A stretch of 64,000 nt of DNA, taken from NCBI GenBank assembly GCA_965368975.1, contig CBDUPA010000014.1:1-64000 (forward strand), in the 5' to 3' direction. A program made the position numbers and the translations under genes. A model generated the notes under the pieces. It was not told where the DNA came from. It made no database searches and saw only the letters and a list, made by a program, of their open reading frames with translations. This document shows, piece after piece, positions 44,160 through 55,300 of the stretch (within the stretch, counting starts at the first letter, position 1; the number at the start of each line of letters is the position of its first letter). The DNA is from an uncultured bacterium (GTDB lineage Bacteria; Acidobacteriota; Thermoanaerobaculia; Multivoradales; JAHZIX01).

Positions 44160-44552
44160 GTGTCCCTCTACCTCGCGCTCGACCAGGTTCTGCGCATCCA
44201 CGAGCGTCAGATCGAGCGTTTCGGCGGCTCCCAGGGCGTCCGAGATCAGGGTGCTCTCGAAGCCGCGATCGCTCGACCCCAGGCGACGTTCGGCGGCGAC
44301 GACCTCTACCCCGATATCGCCGCGAAGGCCGCCGCTCTACTCCACTCCCTGATCGCTAATCATCCCTTCGTGGATGGCAACAAGCGCACCGCTGCGATGA
44401 GCGCTGAACTGTTCCTGCTCTTCAACGGCCTGGAATTACTGGCGGACGATGACGACCTGGAAACGGCCACTATGGCGGCCGCGCGCGGCGAACTGGGCGC
44501 CGAAGAGCTGGCGATCTGGATGCGCCAGCGACTGGAGTCGATCGAGTCCTGA
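44160..44552 (+). CDS. doc: Doc/Fic family toxin
   Basis: GVRD.GALEAA..RP, NHPFVDGNKRTA. Confidence 0.9.
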   Translation: MSLYLALDQVLRIHERQIERFGGSQGVRDQGALEAAIARPQATFGGDDLYPDIAAKAAALLHSLIANHPFVDGNKRTAAMSAELFLLFNGLELLADDDDLETATMAAARGELGAEELAIWMRQRLESIES

Positions 44553-44566
44553 GATGACAGTCGACC

Positions 44567-45241
44567 CTAGTCCTGGTACGGTTCAAGCCATAGAGCGACA
44601 AGGCTGACTTCGCTGGCCTGAACTCCTAATTCTTCGGCAATGAATCCCCTGAGTGCTGGCTCGTCAGTCTCGGTACCGCCGTAGTCAGCAGGTTTCTGGA
44701 ATCTCCCTCGATTGGCCCACCACAACTTCTCCATCTCGACAGCGACGGGATCAACAACCTGATCGGTAACCTGTGCCTCCCACTGCCCATTTCTTAGCGG
44801 TTTCTCGCCACTTACTCCACCGCCATCGGGAGCAAACGAGAGGTTTGCATAGTAGCTCCCAGTACCGAGGAGGCTGGTATCCGGAGAGATCAGAAGAAAG
44901 ACCTGAACAAAGTGAACTCCCGTATCTTGAAGCACTTCGACTGCAGCCTTCATTGAGGTTTGCACTCTCGCTGCTCTAGAAACAGCTTTTGAATAGATGA
45001 AGGCCCGGACACGCTGGCGCCGGTGGACACTGGTGTCTTCTATCTGGACGAGTTGGTAAGACTGCGCTTGATCCAGCGAGATTGGAGACTGAAATTCGGC
45101 TGAAGGCTGTTTCACGGGCTGTGGGTCCAGGTGTTTCACAAGTGAGTACAGAGGCCAAACGATCGCCAAGACAAGCACGAAACCGAGCGCCCATCGCTCG
45201 ATCTGTTGTGAACTACTCTTCGGTGCTTCTAGGTCACTCAC
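44567..45241 (-). CDS. Hypothetical protein with N-terminal membrane anchor, AT-richer
   Basis: 224-aa ORF, GGGAGG RBS, TM WALGFVLVLAIVWPLY. Confidence 0.65.
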   Translation of the reverse strand: MSDLEAPKSSSQQIERWALGFVLVLAIVWPLYSLVKHLDPQPVKQPSAEFQSPISLDQAQSYQLVQIEDTSVHRRQRVRAFIYSKAVSRAARVQTSMKAAVEVLQDTGVHFVQVFLLISPDTSLLGTGSYYANLSFAPDGGGVSGEKPLRNGQWEAQVTDQVVDPVAVEMEKLWWANRGRFQKPADYGGTETDEPALRGFIAEELGVQASEVSLVALWLEPYQD

Positions 45242-45446
45242 AGACTTCCTCCCTATCTGCCATAAGTTCTCGGGCTAGGAGCCTACAGACTCCCTTCCAA
45301 CTAGTTTCCTCACCGCTGCGACTCGTGACACTCAACTCATGAGCGATGGAACAGTCTGAGTCAGTAGGGCGCTGGACTCGCAGCAAAACAACCACTGACT
45401 GGTCGCCTCGCCGCCCACTCCCCCTCGGCAGGGCTACAATCCCGCC

Positions 45447-47414
45447 ATGGCCACCCACTCCTCTCCCCTCCGCACCCGCTTCTCTACCCCCTCGACCTAC
45501 CTCCTGTGGACACTCGTCCTGCTCGTCCAGGCCGCGACGCTGTACCTGCTGCTCGACGTGCTGGCGACGGGCCGGCCCGAGATCCTGCTCGGCGAGGTGC
45601 CGCCGGAGGCACCGCTGGCGCCGCTGTTCGCCAGTCCACTGACGTGGTTGCTGATGCTCCTCGTACTACCCTTGCTGGCCCTGCGCGAGGAGCACTTCTG
45701 GACCTCGTTTTCGACCTGGGTGCTGTTCTGGACGCCCGCGCTGGCCTTCGCGCTCGTGCTGCGGCTGCTCGGGCTCGATCTGCCCGTCGGGCCGGTGCTG
45801 TCGGGCCTGCTGGGGTTGGTGCTGGTGAGTGGCTTGCTGCTGGCGCTGACGTGGTTCGTGGCCAAGCGCTTGAAGGCCCAGAAGGTGCGGACGAGCACCT
45901 GGTGGCGACTCGGGCGGGTAGCGGTGACGTTTGCGCTGCCGGTTCTGTTGCTGTGGGCGGCAACGTCTCTGCCGCGAGCCTTCGACCCGACGCAGCAACT
46001 GCGCCTGTTCAGCCGCGGGGTCGTGCCGAGCTTCCCGTTTCCGGGGTTCTGGCGTGGCGACTGGACGCCGAGCCAGCTGTACCGTCTCGATGCGACGAGC
46101 CGGGCGACGCTCGACGAGCTGGAGCTGACCGCCGACCTGCACCTGGTGGTGGACCCGAGCGATCCGATCGAGCCCTACGCGCGCGAGCTGGTAGCGCGCA
46201 TAGCACGGGCCGCTCCGGACGTCGTCGTGCGCATCTCGCGGCCAGACTGGGGCACCGCGTCGATGCCGCCCGCCGGCTACCTGCGGCTCACCACGACGTA
46301 CGGTGAGCGCACGCTGGGCTTGGACGAGCTGGTGGCGCAGGACGAGGGCAAGGTGACGCTCTTCCTGGAACCGGCGGTGGTCGGCGCGCTGGCGGAGCTG
46401 GCAGGACGGGCACCACGGGTGGCGGTGAGCCAGGATCACGGCGAGCTGCCGCTCCCGGGCTCGGAATTGGCGACAGAGGATCCGGCGGAGGAGCCAGAGA
46501 GCGCGATGGCACCACCGCGCGAGAACCTGGCTCTGCTGGCGCCGCTGCTCGATGCCCAGGGCGTGCGTGTCGAGCGCTGGACACCAGAGGCGACCCGGCA
46601 GCCAGACCTGGTGCTCGTCGCGGGGCCACGCACGCCGTGGTCCGTGGAGGAAGTCCGTCGACTCGACGCTCACTTCCGCCAAGGCGGCGCGCTATGGCTC
46701 CTGCTCGACCCACGTTTCGGTAGGAGCGAACAAGGCGAGCAGGTCGACCCGAACTTTATAGACCTGGGGCTGGAGACCTGGCTAGCGACGCTGGGCGTCG
46801 AGGTGGAGCGCAACGTGGTGGTCGATCCGGCGGGACGGCTGGACGCGGTGGGACCGGAAACCTTCACCGTGCGCCACTACGCGCAGCATCCGGCGATCCG
46901 CAGCATCGCGGGCGTCGCACCGACACAACCGGCGGTGGTCGCGCTCGCTCGCTCGGTGCGACGTAGGGCAGAGGCTCCGGACGGCATCGACGTCTCCGGC
47001 GTGCGCGTCACCGAGCTACTGCACACGTCGCGCCTGGGCTGGGGTGAGACGTCCCCGGCTGCCGCGGGGGGCAGCTTCCAGGACGCGGCCGACCTGGCGG
47101 GGCCGGTGCCCCTGGCGGTAGCGATCGAGACGGCCGTCGACAGCCGCTTCCGTGGCGGCAGGATGTTGGTCTGGGGCGACGCCAGCTGTGTCAACGACGC
47201 CCTGCTCAGCCGCGGTGCCAACGCACAGCTGGTGCGCTACGGTCTCGCCTGGTTGCTCAGGCGTAGCGAACGCATCGCCATCCCACCGACACAGTTCCAA
47301 GTACCGCGCTGGGATGCCGGGCCGGCAGCGTCCACGCTCGGCTGGATCTTGACACTGCTGGTGCTGGCACCGCTCGTCGCCACACTGGTGCTGTGGCGAC
47401 GGCGGGCCAGGTAG
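45447..47414 (+). CDS. Membrane protein with GldG/ABC-auxiliary-like domain
   Basis: About 5 N-terminal TMs, DHGE, LVLVAGP, GG.L.LLLDP, GPVPLAVA, GRMLVWGD, C-terminal TM + RRR. Confidence 0.75.
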   Translation: MATHSSPLRTRFSTPSTYLLWTLVLLVQAATLYLLLDVLATGRPEILLGEVPPEAPLAPLFASPLTWLLMLLVLPLLALREEHFWTSFSTWVLFWTPALAFALVLRLLGLDLPVGPVLSGLLGLVLVSGLLLALTWFVAKRLKAQKVRTSTWWRLGRVAVTFALPVLLLWAATSLPRAFDPTQQLRLFSRGVVPSFPFPGFWRGDWTPSQLYRLDATSRATLDELELTADLHLVVDPSDPIEPYARELVARIARAAPDVVVRISRPDWGTASMPPAGYLRLTTTYGERTLGLDELVAQDEGKVTLFLEPAVVGALAELAGRAPRVAVSQDHGELPLPGSELATEDPAEEPESAMAPPRENLALLAPLLDAQGVRVERWTPEATRQPDLVLVAGPRTPWSVEEVRRLDAHFRQGGALWLLLDPRFGRSEQGEQVDPNFIDLGLETWLATLGVEVERNVVVDPAGRLDAVGPETFTVRHYAQHPAIRSIAGVAPTQPAVVALARSVRRRAEAPDGIDVSGVRVTELLHTSRLGWGETSPAAAGGSFQDAADLAGPVPLAVAIETAVDSRFRGGRMLVWGDASCVNDALLSRGANAQLVRYGLAWLLRRSERIAIPPTQFQVPRWDAGPAASTLGWILTLLVLAPLVATLVLWRRRAR

Positions 47415-47441
47415 ATTTCACCAAGCACAGCTCGACGAGGC

Positions 47442-49748
47442 CTAGGCGGTAGCTTGCGCCTCTTCCCGCTCGTCCAACCGCCGAACCTGACGCAGACGGT
47501 ACGCCATCGCCAGCAGACCGCCGGCGAGGACAACGTAGAGGCCGTACCACACCAGCTTGATCAGCGGCTTGCGGGTGACGTCGAGACTCAGGCGCGCGGC
47601 GGCGCCGGGGTCCTGGACGCCAAAGCCGGCGAAGGCCAGGGTGGCGATCTCTTCGGTGGGATTGAGGTTGCCGAAAACAACACGGCCACCATTGGCCAGC
47701 GGCAAGACCGGGGTCTGCGCTTGCTGGGTGACCGGGTTTACCAGGAACTGCGGCATCACGCGCTGCGCCTCGCCGCTGCCATCGCGCATCTCGAGTACGG
47801 CACGGACGGCGATCGAGGCACCGGTGTTGGCGGCCAACTGAGTAGCCGCGTCGTCCGGAGCGTCAAAGCCGACCAGACGGAACGTTGTGCTGCCGACCTG
47901 GGTCTCTTCGCCCGGACGTAGTTCGGCCTGCACCCATGGATTGGGAGCGCGTTGCGGCCGGTATTCGAGCGGCGAGATGTACAGGTCACCGGTCATCATC
48001 TTGCGGATGTGCGGGCGTGCCATCAGCTGGCCGGTACGGTCGTTGGTGAACATCTGCGGATAGCTGTAGTAGATGTCGCCGCCCGCCTTCTCGACGCGCA
48101 CTTCCATCCGCTCGCGGTGGTTGTCGTTGCGCGGCACGAGGCCGGTGAAGGTGAGGGTCAGGTCGCCGACCTGGGTCGCACTGCCTTGCTGCAGGGTCAC
48201 CTTGGTGCTGTGATCGTAGGCCGAGGAGGCCAGGAAGCCGAGCAACATGATGCCGACGCCGACGTGCGTCAGGTAACCGCCGATCCGTGCCGCACTGCCA
48301 CTGCGGGCCATCTGCACGACCTTCTGCAGGTTCGACGTCAAGGCCGCGACTGCCAGCAGCACCATCAGCAGGTGCAGGCCGCGCACGCCGAGCAGGAAGG
48401 ACAGCGCCGCGCCGGCGAGGCCGACGCCGCAGGCCATCAGGATCTTGCCGCCCAGCTCCTCTTTGCTCGTCTCGCGCCAGCTGAGGAAGGGCACGCCGAT
48501 CAGCAACGACGCCACCAGCAGGGCAAGCGGGAAGTTGACGCGGTTGTACCACTCGGGACCGACCTGCGCCGAGAACTCGCCCAGGCTGGTGATCAGCGGC
48601 GCCGAGGTGCCAACGGTGACGACAATCGCCGAGGTCAACACCACCAGGGTGCCGAGCACCATGAAGCTGCCCCGCGACAGGACCGGATCGGTGTTGGGTG
48701 CCGTCGGCACGCCGCGCAGGCGTAGCGCCAGCAGCACCGCCGACAGACCGCCGAAGAAGGCCATCTGCAGGATCAGCAAGCCGGAGATACCGAGATCGAC
48801 GAAACTGTGGACGGAGAAGTCGGCGAGCACGCCGGAGCGGGTCAGGAAAGTGCCGTAGAGCACGGACATGTAGGTCAGGCAGGCGATGATCAGGTTGCCA
48901 CGGCGGTACCGATTGCGCGTGCGCTCCATGTACAAACCGTGGATCAGCACGGTGATCAGCAACCATGGGATCAACGACGCATTCTCCACCGGGTCCCAGC
49001 CCCAGTAGCCGCCCCAGCCGAGCGTCTTGTAGGCCCAATAGCCACCCATCAAGATAGCGGCGCCGAGCACCAGGAAGCCCGCCAGGGCCCACGGGAAGGC
49101 GCGCGTCGCCCAGTCGCGGTAGTCGCGTTTCCACAGCGCCGCGATGGCGAAGGCGAAAGGAACGGCGCTCAGGGCGTAGCCGATGAACATGATCGGCGGA
49201 TGGATGACCATCCAGTCGTCCTGCAGCAGTGGATTGAGGCCCTTGCCGTCGACCGGCGCATCGCCGAGCATGACGAAGGGATTCTCACGCACCAGGATCA
49301 GCATCAGGCCGAGTACGGTGAGGCTGTAGACCAGCATCACCGGCGCCTCCAGCTTCTTGCCACACGTGCGTGCCACCAACACGCCAAGCAGCGTCGACCA
49401 GAGCAGCCAGATCAGGAAGCTACCCTTCTGGCCGGCCCAGAAGGCGGCGAACTGGAAGTGGATCGGTAGCTCGAGTCCGGAGTACTGGAAGACGTACTCG
49501 ATGCGGAAATCGCGACGCACCAAGCACAGGGCGAAGACGAGGCAGGTCAGCCCCAAGGCCAGGGCGCTCAAACCGTAGGCGCGGCGCGCGAACGGCAGGT
49601 GTACCGACGTGCTACCGGCCTTCGGCGTCTCGTTGAGCGCCAAGGCATAGCCCCACAGGGCGGTGAGCAGCAGTCCGAGAGAACACCACAGCGCGACGGC
49701 ACCGGGCAGGTAGAACTGGGAGAAGGTGTCAGCCAGGAACGCGACCAT
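47442..49748 (-). CDS. ccmF: Cytochrome c maturation heme lyase
   Basis: WAGQKGS, GLNPLLQ, IHPP, WGGYWGWDPVENAS, LTRSG...SVHSF. Confidence 0.95.
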   Translation of the reverse strand: MVAFLADTFSQFYLPGAVALWCSLGLLLTALWGYALALNETPKAGSTSVHLPFARRAYGLSALALGLTCLVFALCLVRRDFRIEYVFQYSGLELPIHFQFAAFWAGQKGSFLIWLLWSTLLGVLVARTCGKKLEAPVMLVYSLTVLGLMLILVRENPFVMLGDAPVDGKGLNPLLQDDWMVIHPPIMFIGYALSAVPFAFAIAALWKRDYRDWATRAFPWALAGFLVLGAAILMGGYWAYKTLGWGGYWGWDPVENASLIPWLLITVLIHGLYMERTRNRYRRGNLIIACLTYMSVLYGTFLTRSGVLADFSVHSFVDLGISGLLILQMAFFGGLSAVLLALRLRGVPTAPNTDPVLSRGSFMVLGTLVVLTSAIVVTVGTSAPLITSLGEFSAQVGPEWYNRVNFPLALLVASLLIGVPFLSWRETSKEELGGKILMACGVGLAGAALSFLLGVRGLHLLMVLLAVAALTSNLQKVVQMARSGSAARIGGYLTHVGVGIMLLGFLASSAYDHSTKVTLQQGSATQVGDLTLTFTGLVPRNDNHRERMEVRVEKAGGDIYYSYPQMFTNDRTGQLMARPHIRKMMTGDLYISPLEYRPQRAPNPWVQAELRPGEETQVGSTTFRLVGFDAPDDAATQLAANTGASIAVRAVLEMRDGSGEAQRVMPQFLVNPVTQQAQTPVLPLANGGRVVFGNLNPTEEIATLAFAGFGVQDPGAAARLSLDVTRKPLIKLVWYGLYVVLAGGLLAMAYRLRQVRRLDEREEAQATA

Positions 49749-50230
49749 CAGTCGTAGCTCTTGCTTTCGCTGCTATCCGACTCGTAACTCTGGTAGCCGT
49801 CTTCCTCGCCGCCGTAGCCTTCGACCTCGGCACCCTGGTACTTGCTCGGGCACTTGACCAACAGCTTGTCGGCAGCCATGACGCCGGTACCGGCGACACC
49901 GGCGCCCGCAGTGGCCTCTGGCTCGTAGCGGCCAATGGCGACGATGCTGATCGCTTCCTCGAAGTTGGCCGGCTTGACGCCGTGGTAACGCACGCGCAGG
50001 GTCTCGCCGGTCTCTTCTTCGACCAAGGTGAAATACAGCGCTTCGGCGATCTCGTCGTAGCTGGCGCTACCGGCCTCCAAGCCACCAGCCACTTGCACCA
50101 TGCGCGACGCCTGGCGTGCTTGATCGAAAGGCACGTAGGGAGTCAGCGCCTGGTTGAAGGAGGTGAAGGCGAAGCCGGCGAACAGCACCAGCATCGCGGC
50201 GCCCAGCAGGTAGGTCTTGTTCAGCTTCAT
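49748..50230 (-). CDS. ccmE: Heme chaperone, CxxxY variant
   Basis: N-terminal anchor, Y.G.KP.NFE, LLVKCPSKY; start ATG 50230. Confidence 0.9.
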   Translation of the reverse strand: MKLNKTYLLGAAMLVLFAGFAFTSFNQALTPYVPFDQARQASRMVQVAGGLEAGSASYDEIAEALYFTLVEEETGETLRVRYHGVKPANFEEAISIVAIGRYEPEATAGAGVAGTGVMAADKLLVKCPSKYQGAEVEGYGGEEDGYQSYESDSSESKSYD

Positions 50231-50370
50231 GACTGCGAATCCCCTTCCAGCGCGCCCTTCTCCAGCTCGCGGATCTTCTTGTTCAGGTGCAGCAGATAGA
50301 GGAAGAGCCCGGTCCAGATGACCAGGTTTACCGCCATCACCCACGTGGTATCGCCGAGTCCAGTCTCCAT
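50227..50370 (-). CDS. ccmD: CcmD-family small membrane protein
   Basis: Not in ORF track: METGLGDTTWVMAVNLVIWTGLFLYLLHLNKKIRELEKGALEGDSQS; GAGGAG RBS; ATGA overlap with ccmE. Confidence 0.8.
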   Translation of the reverse strand: METGLGDTTWVMAVNLVIWTGLFLYLLHLNKKIRELEKGALEGDSQS

Positions 50371-50569
50371 GATGCTCCTCTCTGGTGTGGTATTGGCCCG
50401 GTGTCGTGTCGGCCCAGGGGCGAATCAGCTCCGTATCGTGGACCGGTGCGGCAGCTCGGCAGAGCTTCCGTGGGAAGGATTGTAACGGCCCTTGACAAGG
50501 CACTCAACCGCCTTTTGGGTAGGTCGGTGGCGACTCGGAAGCCAGGCTATCTCGGGTAGACTGGCGACA

Positions 50570-52372
50570 ATGTCCTTACTCTCCTTCACACTCCTGAGCC
50601 TCGCACTCGTCTCACCGGCATCGTTCCTGCCGGCGCCGACCGAGCCAGCGCCAACTGGGCCAGCACCGCCTGAGCCGATCCAGGTGCAGGATACCGCAGC
50701 TGACCAGGTGCGTGCTTGCCGTGGGCTACGTTTCGTCGATGTCACCGCCGCGGCTGGCCTCGACTTCCGGCACGCGGCCGGCACGACACCCGAGCGCCAC
50801 CTGCCCGAAACGATGGGTGCGGGCGTCGCCTGGCTGGACTTCGACGGCGACGGCCGCTGGGATCTCTACGCCGTGCAGTCGGACCGCCGGCCTCCTCCCG
50901 TGGGTGGCGGTCACGATCGGCTGTACCGCAACCTGGGCGCGGGCCGCTTCGAGGACGTCAGCGAGCGCGTCGGGCTGCCACGCGCCTTGCAGGGGGCCGC
51001 CTACGGTATGGGCGTCACCGCCGCCGACGTCAACGGCGACGGCCACAGCGACCTCTACCTGAGCAACTACGGTCCCGACCGCCTGCTGCTCGCTCGGGAT
51101 ACCGGTGACGCGGGCATCACCTTCGTCGACGCCACCGCCGACGCCGGCCTGCTGGCGGCGGACGGCTGGAGTTCCACCGCCGTCTTGGCCGACGCCGATG
51201 GCGATCGTGATCTGGACCTCTACGTGGTGCGCTACGTCGACTACCGTCCCGATCACGGCCTCTTTTGCGGCGATCCGGACGCCGTTGGGCCCGAGGCCGG
51301 GGGACGCCGGGGCCGGCGCGACTACTGTCACCCAGAGCTGTTCCAGGGCACGCCGGATCTCTTCTACCGCAGCGCCGATGACGGCACCTTCGAGCCAGTG
51401 ACGGCGGCGGCGGGCCTCGGGAGTTTCGCCTACCGCGGCCTGGGAGCCATCTTCCAGGACCTCGACGGCGACGGGCACATCGATCTCTACGTCGCCAATG
51501 ATCTGGATCTCAACCTGCTCTACCAAGGGCGTGGCGACGGCAGTTTCGAGGAAGTCTCGCTGCTCTCCGGCACGGCCGTCAACGCCGCTGGCGAAGCCGA
51601 GGCAGGCATGGGCGTCGCGACCGGGGACGTCGACGGGGACGGTCGCCCCGACCTGATGGTCACGCACTTCGACGTCGAGACCAACACCCTCTACCGCAAC
51701 CTCGGCCTGCTGCAGTTCGAGGACGCCTCGGCAACCAGCGGCTTCGGCGTGCCGTCGTTCAACCAGCTCGGCTTCGGCATCGCCGTCGACGACTTCGACT
51801 TCGACGGCGACCTCGACGTCTACGTCGCCAACGGTCACATCCTCGAGGATCCACCACGCGGCGGCGTTGAGCATGCGCAGCCGGACTTGCTGCTGGCCGG
51901 CGACGAACGCGGTCCCTTCACCGCCTGTCCGAGCCCGGACGAGACCGCCGGCTTGGCGCCACTGGTCGGTCGAGGTCTGGCCATAGCCGACTTCGACGAC
52001 GATGGCGACGGCGACCTGGTGCTCAGCAGCAACGGTGGTCCGCTGCGCCTGCTGCGCAACGAGGCGAACCCACCAGCCGAGCGCTGGCTCGGCGTCGAGT
52101 TGCACGGCCCCGCCCCCAACACCGCCGCGATCGGCGCGCGTGTCGTGCTACGGCTGCGCAGGGGCACGCAGACCGCCCTGCGCAGCCGCTGGATCACCGC
52201 CGGTGACAGCTACCAGAGCTGTAGCTCGACGCGCCGCCGCTTCGGCTGGCCGGCTGGCTGGCAGCCGGTCGAGATCGAAGTCACCTGGCCGACCGTGACT
52301 GGACAGCGCGCGGCGCGCATCACGCGCGTGCCGGTCGAGCAGACGGGTCGCTACCTGAGCCTGGAGCCGTGA
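50570..52372 (+). CDS. CRTAC1 family protein (FG-GAP repeats + ASPIC/UnbV)
   Basis: Repeated DxDGDG.xDL motifs, AGMG, GRGLA..DFD.DGD, AIGARV, C-terminal IEVTWP. Confidence 0.9.
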   Translation: MSLLSFTLLSLALVSPASFLPAPTEPAPTGPAPPEPIQVQDTAADQVRACRGLRFVDVTAAAGLDFRHAAGTTPERHLPETMGAGVAWLDFDGDGRWDLYAVQSDRRPPPVGGGHDRLYRNLGAGRFEDVSERVGLPRALQGAAYGMGVTAADVNGDGHSDLYLSNYGPDRLLLARDTGDAGITFVDATADAGLLAADGWSSTAVLADADGDRDLDLYVVRYVDYRPDHGLFCGDPDAVGPEAGGRRGRRDYCHPELFQGTPDLFYRSADDGTFEPVTAAAGLGSFAYRGLGAIFQDLDGDGHIDLYVANDLDLNLLYQGRGDGSFEEVSLLSGTAVNAAGEAEAGMGVATGDVDGDGRPDLMVTHFDVETNTLYRNLGLLQFEDASATSGFGVPSFNQLGFGIAVDDFDFDGDLDVYVANGHILEDPPRGGVEHAQPDLLLAGDERGPFTACPSPDETAGLAPLVGRGLAIADFDDDGDGDLVLSSNGGPLRLLRNEANPPAERWLGVELHGPAPNTAAIGARVVLRLRRGTQTALRSRWITAGDSYQSCSSTRRRFGWPAGWQPVEIEVTWPTVTGQRAARITRVPVEQTGRYLSLEP

Positions 52373-55300
52373 TGGCCCGTCGCGCCTGGGCATCGAGCCT
52401 GGCCTTCGTCCTGGTCTTCCTGCTCGGCTGGATACCGCCAGCCGCCGCGCTCGATCCGGCCAAGGAGCTGTCGCAATACAGCCACACCTTGTGGCGTAGT
52501 GGTACCGGCCTACCCCAGGACACCGTGCGCTCGATCGCACAGACGCCGGACGGCTACTTGTGGATCGGCACGCGCGCCGGCCTGGCGCGCTTCGACGGCC
52601 TACGCATGGAAGTGTTCGACAGTCGCAACACCCCCGAACTGGCCAACCACAATATCTACGCCCTCGAAGTGATGCCCGATGGCAGCCTGTGGATCGGCAC
52701 CAACGGTGGCGGCCTGGTGCACCGCTCGGCCGACGGCAGCACCTGGTCGCGGATCTCCGAGGCACAGGGCCTGCCGAGCGGTCGCATCACCGCCCTCGAG
52801 CCAGACGGCGAAGGTGGCCTGTGGATCGGCACCTACGGTGGCGGCGTCGCGCGCCGGCACGCGGACGGACAGATCGAGACCTTCGATCCCGAGCAGGGTA
52901 TCGCCGGCACCGTCATCTTCACCCTCGCCACCGACGCTCGCGGACGGCTGTGGGTCGGCACCTACGGCGACGGCGCCAGCATCTGGGAAGACGGCAGCTT
53001 CCACGTCTACCAAGGCCCCCTGCCGGCCACCGGCGTCTGGGAGGTCATGGCGGCGCGCGACGGCAGCCTGTGGATTGGCACCAACAACGGCCTGGTGCAT
53101 GTCGTCGACGACCGCACGCGTGTCTTCACCGAAGCCGATGGCCTCACGCACCCGCGCGTCATCTCGCTGCTCGAGGACCGCGATGGCAATATCTGGATCG
53201 GCACGTACGGCGGCGGACTGCACCGCTACGCCGGTGGCCGGATCGTGGCGTTCCGACCCGAGCACGCCGAAGCCCGCGACGCCGTCTGGGACATTCTGGA
53301 AGACCGGGAAGGTGGCCTGTGGGCCGGCACACTGGGCCGCGGCCTGCACCTCTACCGCGACGGCGCCATCACCACCTACGGCCAGGAGAGCGGCCTGGAG
53401 TCCGAGATGGTGATCTCGGTGCACGAGGGCCCGGACGGCGAGTTCTACGCCGGCACGCGCGACCGCGGCTTGTTCCGCCACGACGGAGAGCGCTTCGTGC
53501 GCGTGGCGGGGATCGATGAGCAGGCCGCCGTCTGGGACATCACGTCGAGCCGCGACGGCAGCCTGTGGACCGCCACCCACCGCGGCCTGCGCCGGCGCGC
53601 GCCGCCCTCCAGTTCGCACCGCGACCGCTGGCGCAGCTTCACCACCGCTGAGGGTCTCGCCTACGACATCGTCTTCGCCTTGCTCGAAGACCGCGAAGGA
53701 ACAATGTGGATTGGCACCAACGACGGGCTGGACCGGTACCGTGACGGCGATCCGACGGACGGCGATCCATTCGAACACTTCAGCGTCGAGGACGGTTTGC
53801 CGAGCAACCAGATCCGAGTGCTGCACCAAGGCCGCGACGGCACCCTGTGGGTCGGCACCACGGGCGGCTTGGCGCGCTTCGAGAACGGCGCATTCACGCG
53901 CAGCTTACGGACGGCAGACTCGCCGGCACCGGCACCGGGATCGGGCCCGGAACGGGAATTGCCGAGCGGCAACATCTGGGCCCTGCACGAAGCCACGGAC
54001 GGCAGCCTGTGGATCGCCACCCACGGCACCGGCCTGTTGCGGCTGCGCGAGGGAGCCATCAGCGTCATCGACCACCGTCACGGCCTGCCCGACAATGATC
54101 TGGAATGGGTGCTCGAAGACGACGAGGGCGCGCTCTGGCTGGGCAGCAGCATCGGCATCATCAAGCTGCCGCGCGACAACGTCGAGGCGGTCGCCGACGG
54201 CCGTAGCGCCAGCCTGCGCTACGTCGCGTTCGGACGCCGCGACGGCCTGCGCAGCGGCGAGTGCTACGGTGGCGCCCCGTCCGCCATGCGGGCGCGTGAC
54301 GGCCGGCTGTGGTTCGGTACCCGCGAGGGCCTGGCGACGCTCGATCCTGCGCGCGTCGAGAGTCCGCCGGCACCGCCGGTCCAGATCGAACACCTGCTCG
54401 TCGATGGCCGCAAGCTGCGTCCCGCACCCGGCCTCCGGCTGCCGCACTCGCGCAGCCTCACCGTGCGCTTCGCCGCCCTCACCCTGAACGCGCCGGAGAA
54501 GGTGCAGTGCCAGATCCGCTTGCGCAATTGGGACGACACCTGGCACCTGATCGGCGACCGACGCGAGATGCGCTACACCAATCTCGACCATGGCACCTAC
54601 ACCTTCGAGGTCATGGCCAGCGACCGCAACGGCAACTGGACACAGGACGCCGAGCGCCTGAGCTTCACCATCGAGCCGCGCTTCTACGAGACCAACCTCT
54701 TCTTCCTCCTCTGCGGCCTCGGCGCCCTGGCTCTCGGCTTCGGCCTGCAACAGTTCCGCGTGCTGCACCTGCGCGAGCGCGAACGCGAGCTGGAGCGCCG
54801 CGTCGACGAGCGCACCGAAGCCGTGCACCAGGCCAACCGCGAACTGCGGGCGTTCACCCACACCGTCTCCCACGACCTGCGCTCACCGCTGGTCAACCTG
54901 CGTGGCTTTTCCGAAGAGCTCGGCATGGCCTGCACCACGGTCAGCGAATCCCTGCGACGCGTACTGCCCATGCTGCCTCAGGAGGAAGCGCTGCAACTGC
55001 GCGAGGCCGTGGAGAGCGACATGCCAGAGTCGCTCGAGTTCATCAGCTCAGCGATCAACCGCATGGACCGGCTGATCGAGAAGCTGCTCGAACTGTCGCG
55101 CGCTGGCGCCCGTGAACTGACACCTGAGCACGTCGATGTCGAGGCGCTGGTGCGTGAGATCTTGAAGAGTCAGGACTTCCAGTTGCAGCAGAAGGACGCC
55201 CGCGCCGAGGTCCTGTCGCTGCCGCCGATCACCGCCGACCGCATCGCGCTCGAACAGATCTTCGGCAACCTGCTGGCCAACGCCGTCAACTACCTGTCGC

